This document shows positions 57,775 through 64,000 of a DNA stretch of 64,000 nucleotides, piece after piece. Position 1 is the first letter of the stretch; each line of letters opens with the position of its first letter. This stretch comes from a virus. The notes below the pieces were generated by a model. It had not been told where the DNA came from and made no database searches. It worked only from the letters and a program-made list of their open reading frames with translations. A program made the translations under genes and the position numbers. The stretch lies in IMG/VR virus record IMGVR_UViG_3300037483_000299, positions 30,090-94,089 of that record; one strand, given 5' to 3'.

Positions 57775-58583
57775 GCGATCACTGTCCTCCAGTACCGTCT
57801 CAAGGTGAGTCCCACCGTATGCCGCACCCGTGTCGTGCCTTCCCCATTCCAGATGGCCAGTGGATCGGCCCCTGCGTGTACCGCTAGGCATGTCGTGGTG
57901 CTCGGTCGGGGATTGATCTCGAACGGTAGGAACGCCGTTCCGTTGTCTATCCCTTGGATGTTGTACGTCCCACTGGTCGGTACGGCGCGGTGGATCGCCT
58001 CACACGCCGCCACGACACGGGGATTGTCGTCCGTCACCCCGTCGAGCGTGATGCCCCGTTTCCGCACGACGCGCACCGGCACCACGGCCCGCAGGTTCTT
58101 GAACTGATCGGCCATCATCTGGACGGTGTACTCCTGGCCGTGCACCACGTCCTGCTCGACCAGCACGTCCCGGGAGCCACGGCCGTACCGGGGCTTGGTG
58201 AGCGTGGTATGGGGAACGGGAATCCCCCGCTCCCGGAGACAGCGGATCGAGCCGAACTTGTCCAGCATGACCGAGACAAACCATTGATCGGGAAGGAGGA
58301 GCTTCACGCCCTCAAAGAGCCGGAGCCGTTCGATGATCGGCAACTCCTCATCTACCGTGGGGATCACCAACCCGATGCCCCACTCGCGCACCAGCTCTAG
58401 CAGCGTGGTACAGTAGGCGGGATCACTGGCCAGTGGGATGGGCACCCGGTAGCGCGGAGGAATGAGCGGATCAATCGCCTCGGGGTTGGCGTCGGCCACC
58501 CAGACATCATGGAGTTGAGCGCGCCAGTAGTCCCAGAGGGGCACCGTGCCCGCGCCGCCACCACCGGTCAGCAGGAGCCTCAC
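57771..58583 (-). CDS. ATP-grasp ligase (CarB/PylC-like, sugar-cluster type)
   Basis: IPTVDEEL, DK, KPR.GRGSR, EYTV, FEINPR. Confidence 0.85.
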   Translation of the reverse strand: MRLLLTGGGGAGTVPLWDYWRAQLHDVWVADANPEAIDPLIPPRYRVPIPLASDPAYCTTLLELVREWGIGLVIPTVDEELPIIERLRLFEGVKLLLPDQWFVSVMLDKFGSIRCLRERGIPVPHTTLTKPRYGRGSRDVLVEQDVVHGQEYTVQMMADQFKNLRAVVPVRVVRKRGITLDGVTDDNPRVVAACEAIHRAVPTSGTYNIQGIDNGTAFLPFEINPRPSTTTCLAVHAGADPLAIWNGEGTTRVRHTVGLTLRRYWRTVIA

Positions 58584-59524
58584 GCGCACTCCTTGACGGC
58601 CTGTACCACCGTGCCGATTTCCTGCTCGGTCAGGGTAGGAAACATCGGGATGCTGACCGTCTCGGCGGCGTACTTCTCCGCATTGGGCCACATGCCGGGC
58701 TCGTAGCCGAAGCGTTGCCGATAGTAGGGCTGCAATGGGATGACGGGGTAGTGAATTGCCGTCCCCACACCACGGGCAGCCAGCCGATGGCGGAAGGCGT
58801 CGCGGTCAGGATGCCGGAGCCGGTAGAGATGCACCCAGGACTCCGGAGATCGGGGTTCCACGGTGAGACCAGTGAACTCAGCATCGTATTGTTCTGCGAT
58901 GCGGCGCCGTATGTTTACGCCAGTCAGGACGCGGGCTAGTTGGGACCGGGCCAGTGCGGCAGATAGCTCCGGCATCCGGTAGTTGTAGCCGAGTTCCACC
59001 ATTCTGGTGAGGACTCGGCCATGTGAGCGCAATAGGCGGCATTTGTCAGTTATCTGCGGGTCATTGGTGACGATGGCCCCGCCTTCCCCAGCGGCAACGT
59101 GCTTCGCGGGATGGAAGCTGAAACAGGTCGCCAAGTAGTCCGGTGGAAGCGTGAGCGGGCCGTGGCAGGCATCCAAGACTTCTGCTGGCAGCGATGCCGC
59201 TCCTGCGGGTTCACCGCCCAAGGTAGGAAGCAAGGTATCCTGAAACATGGGTACAATGCCCGCCATGAGCATGGTGTTGGCTGTCGCCACGAATGAGATA
59301 GCGGGGCAATGGCAATAGCGTCGGCCTATTGCTCTTAGGGCTAGATGCAGCGCCGCCGTCCCCGAGTTCACCGCCACCGCGTACCGGGCTCCGGCAAACG
59401 TGGCCAGTTCGTCCTCGAAGGCTTCCACCTCTGGCCCCTGCGTGAGGTAGCCGGATCGCAAAGCCCGGAGAACCGCCGCCTCGTCCTCGGGCGTGATCGC
59501 GTGACGGGTGTACGGGATGGTCAT
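58580..59524 (-). CDS. pseC: DegT/PseC-like PLP sugar aminotransferase
   Basis: LTQGP.V..FE, NSGTAALH, SFHPAKH..GEGG, LGYNYR. Confidence 0.88.
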   Translation of the reverse strand: MTIPYTRHAITPEDEAAVLRALRSGYLTQGPEVEAFEDELATFAGARYAVAVNSGTAALHLALRAIGRRYCHCPAISFVATANTMLMAGIVPMFQDTLLPTLGGEPAGAASLPAEVLDACHGPLTLPPDYLATCFSFHPAKHVAAGEGGAIVTNDPQITDKCRLLRSHGRVLTRMVELGYNYRMPELSAALARSQLARVLTGVNIRRRIAEQYDAEFTGLTVEPRSPESWVHLYRLRHPDRDAFRHRLAARGVGTAIHYPVIPLQPYYRQRFGYEPGMWPNAEKYAAETVSIPMFPTLTEQEIGTVVQAVKECA

Positions 59525-60399
59525 GGGAGCGCCTTCCTGAGTTCGTCCACCGTCAGCCATCGCGTGTTCATGTCGCTGCGGTACGGGCCTGTCATGCCTA
59601 CCACCGTCTCATGCGCCGCCACCAGATCCTCATGCACCTTCTCCACGCCGCGCGGCCCGGTGATAGTGAACGGCGGGCCGTGTGCTCCCTGAATCGCCAA
59701 GGCGAGATCAACGATCTTGTAGCTCGGCATGAAGGCCGGGACGTAGAGCCGCCCGCCCGGCATCGCTACCGTGTTGGTCACGAACAGGACGGCTTGCTCT
59801 AACGTGATCCAGAACCGGGTTGACCGCACATCCGTGACCGGCAATCGCCTCCCTTCCCGGGCCAATCGTTGCCAGAGCGGAATGACCGAGCCCCGACTGT
59901 TGGCCACGTTTCCATAGCGCACGACGGAAAAGAGGGGCGGGCCGCCGAGGTAGGCGTTTCCGCCGAGGACCATCTTCTCGGCGGTTCCCTTGGTGAATCC
60001 GTAGACCGTGATGGGATTACACGCCTTGTCGGAGGATAGGAAGACCAAGCGGGTATGATGCTCCACCGCGGCGCGCACGACATTCAGCGTCCCATCCACG
60101 TTGGTCCGCTTGGCCTCATCGGGATCATACTCGCACTTCTCGATCCGCTTCATGGCGGCGGCATGAATCACCACGTCACAGCCCCGCATGGCGAGGTCTA
60201 CCCGGTCCCGGTCCCGCACGTCGCCCACCAGGAACCGGAGCCGCGGATCAGGGAATCTCTCGGCCATCTCGGCTTGCTTCAATTCATCTCGGGACAGGAT
60301 GCGGAGCCGGCCGATTCCATGCGCCAAGGCATAGGTGGTGAAGGCCTGGCCGAAAGACCCCGATCCCCCGGTCAAGAGAACCGTTTTGCCGGTGAGCAT
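59521..60399 (-). CDS. pseB: UDP-GlcNAc 4,6-dehydratase (inverting), PseB-like
   Basis: TGGSGSFG, SRDELKQ, GDVRD, HAAA.K, DKA..P...YG.TK, RYGNV..SRGSV. Confidence 0.92.
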   Translation of the reverse strand: MLTGKTVLLTGGSGSFGQAFTTYALAHGIGRLRILSRDELKQAEMAERFPDPRLRFLVGDVRDRDRVDLAMRGCDVVIHAAAMKRIEKCEYDPDEAKRTNVDGTLNVVRAAVEHHTRLVFLSSDKACNPITVYGFTKGTAEKMVLGGNAYLGGPPLFSVVRYGNVANSRGSVIPLWQRLAREGRRLPVTDVRSTRFWITLEQAVLFVTNTVAMPGGRLYVPAFMPSYKIVDLALAIQGAHGPPFTITGPRGVEKVHEDLVAAHETVVGMTGPYRSDMNTRWLTVDELRKALP

Positions 60400-60414
60400 G
60401 AGGGACGCTTGCGA

Positions 60415-60436
60415 TGTTGACGTTCAAACGTCAACA
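60415..60436. promoter_or_regulatory. Inverted repeat TGTTGACGTT-CA-AACGTCAACA in the divergent intergenic region
   Basis: Perfect 10-bp arms in 52-bp gap between pseB and formyltransferase. Confidence 0.7.
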
Positions 60437-60451
60437 GGGGCACCGTGAGCT

Positions 60452-61144
60452 ATGCGCGTGTTGTTCTTGGGGCCGCCGGGTGGATCGAACAAATTGGCCG
60501 GCCGGGTCTATCGCTGGCTCTCCACGCAGCCGGTGACGCTCTCCGCTCCGATCATGGATAAACTGGACACGGTAGACGGGTGGGAGCTGGGCGTGTCCTG
60601 TGGGTACGTCCACCGCGTGCCTGGGCCCATCCTGGCCGGCCTGCCCATCGTCAACCTCCATACGGGCTACCTGCCGTGGAATCGGGGCCGATTCCCGAAC
60701 GTCTGGCCTATTCTGGATGGCTCGCCGGCCGGGGTCACGCTGCATTGGATGGACGCCGGGATAGACACCGGGCCGATCCTGGCTCAGGCGCGGGTCACGG
60801 TGGAGCCGTGGGACACGGCGGGGACGTTGTACCGGAAGCTAGAGACTGCGGGCTTCGCGCTATTCCGGGACAACTGGCTGGCCGTGATGAGCCGGTCTCC
60901 GGGGGTGCCGCAACGCGGACCAGGGACCACCTACCGAAAGGAGGACCTTGAGTTAGTGCGGGCATCCCCGGAGACGCGGTTACCAGTCAGGCGGGTGCTG
61001 GACATTCTGCGGGCGCGGAGCTTCCCGGGCTACGGGCTGCGGATCACAGAAGCGGACGGGACGGAATGGGAGGTGTCGGTCGAATGCCGGCAACTTGGGC
61101 CAAAACCGCAAAATGACAAAAGGTCGAAGCCTCTTGACGGTTAG
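60452..61144 (+). CDS. Sugar N-formyltransferase
   Basis: NLHTGYLPWNRG..PN.W, GVTLH.MD.GIDTG.I. Confidence 0.88.
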   Translation: MRVLFLGPPGGSNKLAGRVYRWLSTQPVTLSAPIMDKLDTVDGWELGVSCGYVHRVPGPILAGLPIVNLHTGYLPWNRGRFPNVWPILDGSPAGVTLHWMDAGIDTGPILAQARVTVEPWDTAGTLYRKLETAGFALFRDNWLAVMSRSPGVPQRGPGTTYRKEDLELVRASPETRLPVRRVLDILRARSFPGYGLRITEADGTEWEVSVECRQLGPKPQNDKRSKPLDG

Positions 61145-61181
61145 GCGGGGTCCTGCCCACGTTCTTAGTTAGGGGGTAAGG

Positions 61182-61397
61182 ATGATGCGAGTAGGCGAAT
61201 GGTGGTTGCCCAATAATGGACTGCGATATTTGACTCCTGGTTTCACGCGATGCCGCAATTGGCGAGCACAGTTCTTGGCGATCATGCCCCCGGCTGACGG
61301 GATCACCCTAGACTACCTCTATGACCCCGATGGCTATCTACGCGAACGTCACAAGTGGGATGCGCGCCACCAGATACTTGAACCCGAGCAGAGGTGA
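61182..61397 (+). CDS. Small hypothetical protein
   Basis: AAGGA RBS. Confidence 0.4.
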   Translation: MMRVGEWWLPNNGLRYLTPGFTRCRNWRAQFLAIMPPADGITLDYLYDPDGYLRERHKWDARHQILEPEQR

Positions 61398-61401
61398 TTT
61401 T

Positions 61402-61728
61402 ATGACGAATAGGGCCGAAGATTACCTGATCATACCGTTAAGCCCAGCACGAGAAGTCTTCCTAGTCGTCGAATCAGTGGAAGATCAATCTGAACAATTC
61501 CGAACATCCGGTCCCCATCTAGCTATCGGAATGGTTGTTGGTCCTCCCCCAAGTGACGGCAAGACGTGGGTCGTGCTCTTTCCAGATGGGGCAGTTCCAG
61601 CTTCCTGTGTTTCTCTTTCATGGGAAGCGGCTCTTCGATGTTGCGAGAATAGGAAACGTTGCAGGGAGTTGGTTGATGATTCTGAGGTCCGCAAAGTTCT
61701 TGGCTTGCCGTGTCTGAAACCCTCCTGA
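61402..61728 (+). CDS. Hypothetical protein
   Basis: GAGGT RBS, lower GC. Confidence 0.45.
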   Translation: MTNRAEDYLIIPLSPAREVFLVVESVEDQSEQFRTSGPHLAIGMVVGPPPSDGKTWVVLFPDGAVPASCVSLSWEAALRCCENRKRCRELVDDSEVRKVLGLPCLKPS

Positions 61729-62561
61729 AGCCCGACGGCGTGACCATCGTCGCGGAACTGAGTTGCAGCCACGGCGGTTTATTCACTAACGCACTCATGC
61801 TGATCGAGCACGCTAAAGCCGCTGGGGCCGATGCCGTCAAGTTCCAACTGTTCACCCCGGATGACATGGTGGGCGTCGGCCGGGAAGGCCCGATGCTGAC
61901 TGCGGGCCCGTGGGCAGGCAAGACGCTCCGGCAGCTCTACAAGGAGACCATGACACCCCGCTCGTGGTTCCCTTCCCTGTTCGCTCATGCCCGGAGTCTC
62001 GGATTGGTGCCGTTCAGCAGCGTCTTGAGTCTGGAGGGGGTGGACTATCTGGAAACGCTGGGCTGCTGCGCCTACAAGATTCCGAGTGCGGAAATTGGAT
62101 GGCTGGAGTTGATCGGGAAGGCCGGGGATACCGGGAAGCCTGTACTAGTATCTACCGGCATGGCCGATGTGAATGAAATCCGCGAAGCCGTATTCGCGGA
62201 TGCTACTCTACTATACTGTGTCGCGGCCTATCCATGCCCACTTCAGTATGCCAACCTCTCTCAGTTATTTCCTGATGATGAGCACGACTGGCCGTATTGG
62301 GGGGTCTCCGATCACTCCAAGTCCCTCATCCCGCCTATCGTCGCTACTGCCTTCGGTGCCCGGCTCATCGAAAAGCACATCCGGCTACCCAACGTCGAGA
62401 CCCCGGACAGCGGCTTCGCCTTGACGCCGGGCGAGGTTGCCGCAATGGTACAAGCTGTCAGAGACACGGAAGCAGCCATGCGGGAACCCACCGAGGACGT
62501 GGAACAAGAGAGCCGCCAGTGGAAACGGCGCGTGATTGACGGTCAGTGGTTGCGTGGCTGA
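61710..62561 (+). CDS. PseI/NeuB-family nonulosonic acid synthase lacking C-terminal SAF domain
   Basis: AELS..H.G, GADAVKFQ, YKI.S.E, STGMA, G.SDHS, IEKH. Confidence 0.9.
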   Translation: MSETLLKPDGVTIVAELSCSHGGLFTNALMLIEHAKAAGADAVKFQLFTPDDMVGVGREGPMLTAGPWAGKTLRQLYKETMTPRSWFPSLFAHARSLGLVPFSSVLSLEGVDYLETLGCCAYKIPSAEIGWLELIGKAGDTGKPVLVSTGMADVNEIREAVFADATLLYCVAAYPCPLQYANLSQLFPDDEHDWPYWGVSDHSKSLIPPIVATAFGARLIEKHIRLPNVETPDSGFALTPGEVAAMVQAVRDTEAAMREPTEDVEQESRQWKRRVIDGQWLRG

Positions 62562-62961
62562 GTGCTCGAAGTGCGGCGGATGCTGCCAAGTGGTGGTTAC
62601 CCGATGGGCAAAAGATGAGATACGGTATCGCGGACAGGGGAATGATGTGCCGTTTGTCCTTGCCCACTGGACAGAAATCTCATTAGACCGGGCCCGTGAA
62701 ATCTCGCCATTCCTGAATCTATGGGACCTCACATCCGATCCTGCTAGGCATTTCTACACCTGCGATGCGTGGGATAGCACCACTAAGTTGTGCACGATGC
62801 ATGAGGACCGGCCGCCGGTGTGTCGGGGATTCCCGTGGTATGGAGGTGAGCCCAACAGTGGACTCTGGCCCTGGCCGCAATGCGCGTTCTGGGAAGATGT
62901 CCCCGAAGCCGACTGGCCCGACATTGTGAAGATGGCGCGAGTGGAATTGTGCGCGCCATAG
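62536..62961 (+). CDS. YkgJ/FliB-like Cys-cluster protein
   Basis: C..CG.CC ... C......LC..HE.RP..CR.FP. Confidence 0.8.
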   Translation: MTVSGCVAECSKCGGCCQVVVTRWAKDEIRYRGQGNDVPFVLAHWTEISLDRAREISPFLNLWDLTSDPARHFYTCDAWDSTTKLCTMHEDRPPVCRGFPWYGGEPNSGLWPWPQCAFWEDVPEADWPDIVKMARVELCAP

Positions 62962-63932
62962 TCCGCACCACCAAGCCCAAAGCCTTCACCCTCACCCATA
63001 CCATCGCGGATGAGGCCGAGCCCGACATCGCTCGCACCATCCGCACCGCCTTCCTCGAAGCCCGCCGGCTCCTGAACCTCCCCGAGCTGGCCCGGTTCTT
63101 TGCCGACCGCTGGGAAGCCCAGATCCTCGACCACCAACGGTGGCGCACCATCCTGAACCCGCTGTACGCCCGGCTGGTGGGTATCCTCGGCGCCACTGTG
63201 GGTCATGCCGCGGAACGCCACGCCAGCCTCCTACCGGTTCACAAGACGGACCGGGAGACGCTAGGATCGGTGGGCTTTTCCTTCCAGCTCACCAACCAAG
63301 AAGCCGTCCGGTGGGCGGAAACCCATGCGGCCAATCTCGTGGTGGGCGTCTCGGAGGAAACCCGGGCGGCCATCCGGCTCATCCTCGTTCGGCTCTACCA
63401 GGATCCGACGATGGGACCGGACCGGGCCGCACGGGAAATCCGGGCGATCATCGGGCTCACCCGCCGTCAGGCGATCGCGGTGGACAATCTCCGCCGGATG
63501 TTGGAGCAGCGCCGCGACTTAGCGACCATTGCCCGGGATGCCACCAGCGCCTTGTCCCCGCAACGGCGGGCCTTCTGGGCGGAACAGCAGATCAAGACGG
63601 CGGCAGTGATTGACGCCAACGTGAGCCGCTACGCCGACCGCCTGTTACGCCAGCGGAGCGAGACGATTGCCCGAACGGAAAGCATGACGGCGAGCAACCG
63701 GGGTCAGCAACTCCTCTGGGAGCAGGCCCGGACGGTGGGACTCGTTGATACGGAAACGGTTCAACGGGAACTAGTGGTCACTCCCGACGTGCGACTTTGT
63801 GAGATTTGCGCCCCCATGCAGGGTGTTCGGGTGAAACTCGATCAGCCGTTCACCTTGGAAAGTGGCGAGACGTTCATGATTCCTCCTTTTCACGTAAAGT
63901 GCCGCTGCACGGTAATTCTCCGATTTTCCTGA
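62949..63932 (+). CDS. Phage minor head morphogenesis protein (Mu gpF-like)
   Basis: R.ETIARTE...A.N.G, C..C, PP.H..CRC. Confidence 0.85.
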   Translation: MRAIVRTTKPKAFTLTHTIADEAEPDIARTIRTAFLEARRLLNLPELARFFADRWEAQILDHQRWRTILNPLYARLVGILGATVGHAAERHASLLPVHKTDRETLGSVGFSFQLTNQEAVRWAETHAANLVVGVSEETRAAIRLILVRLYQDPTMGPDRAAREIRAIIGLTRRQAIAVDNLRRMLEQRRDLATIARDATSALSPQRRAFWAEQQIKTAAVIDANVSRYADRLLRQRSETIARTESMTASNRGQQLLWEQARTVGLVDTETVQRELVVTPDVRLCEICAPMQGVRVKLDQPFTLESGETFMIPPFHVKCRCTVILRFS

Positions 63933-63939
63933 AATAACC

Positions 63940-63958
63940 TAGCGCCCCAACGTCAACA
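63940..63958 (+). promoter_or_regulatory. TAGCGC-N3-AACGTCAACA motif downstream of gpF
   Basis: Matches 44211-44229. Confidence 0.6.
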
Positions 63959-64000
63959 AGTAATACCCCTTCCCCAACCCACTGGGGGAGCGACGGTTGC

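Larger units (their letters stand above)
42688..64000 (+). mobile_element. Temperate phage/prophage unit B (partial; continues beyond window)
   Basis: Methylase, HNH, TerS, TerL, portal, gpF. Confidence 0.75.

Noticed and set aside
1-64000. CRISPR array, DGR or retron
   Set aside because: No regularly spaced repeats and no reverse transcriptase seen; duplicated segments do not show an obvious adenine-specific mismatch pattern

Overview
GC-rich, gene-dense, entirely phage-like DNA. It reads best as two related but different temperate phages joined head-to-tail. Unit A (~229-42645) runs: HNH-like gene, terminase, P22/podovirus-like portal, scaffold, major capsid, virion and ejection proteins, a membrane/signalling cassette, a leftward FkbM methyltransferase moron, a long early-gene operon, excisionase and tyrosine integrase. 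Next comes an attP-like site: the 3' half of a tRNA-Lys(CTT) at 42646-42687, flanked by two arm-type repeats. Unit B (42838 to beyond 64000) runs: DNA methylase, HNH-like gene, a different terminase, DUF935/Mu-gp29-like portal, a second copy of the membrane/signalling cassette, Ser/Thr-rich virion proteins, a pseudaminic-acid-like sugar pathway and a Mu gpF-like head protein. A frameshifted integrase remnant at 1-216 hints at a third, eroded unit. Most notable: (1) a duplicated cassette with a C-terminal CPPx(xx)C peptide gene coupled to a multi-TM membrane protein, plus a lone receiver domain in A, a candidate phage peptide-signalling system; (2) a tRNA-like cloverleaf RNA (35352-35495) with flanking complementary sites in a phage with no visible CI repressor, reminiscent of P1 C4/P4 CI immunity RNAs; (3) a nonulosonic-acid pathway inside the head module sharing an AACGTCAACA motif with the terminase promoter region; (4) secreted versus virion paralog pairs of one beta-sandwich domain. 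All product calls come from motif recognition by eye; no searches were run.
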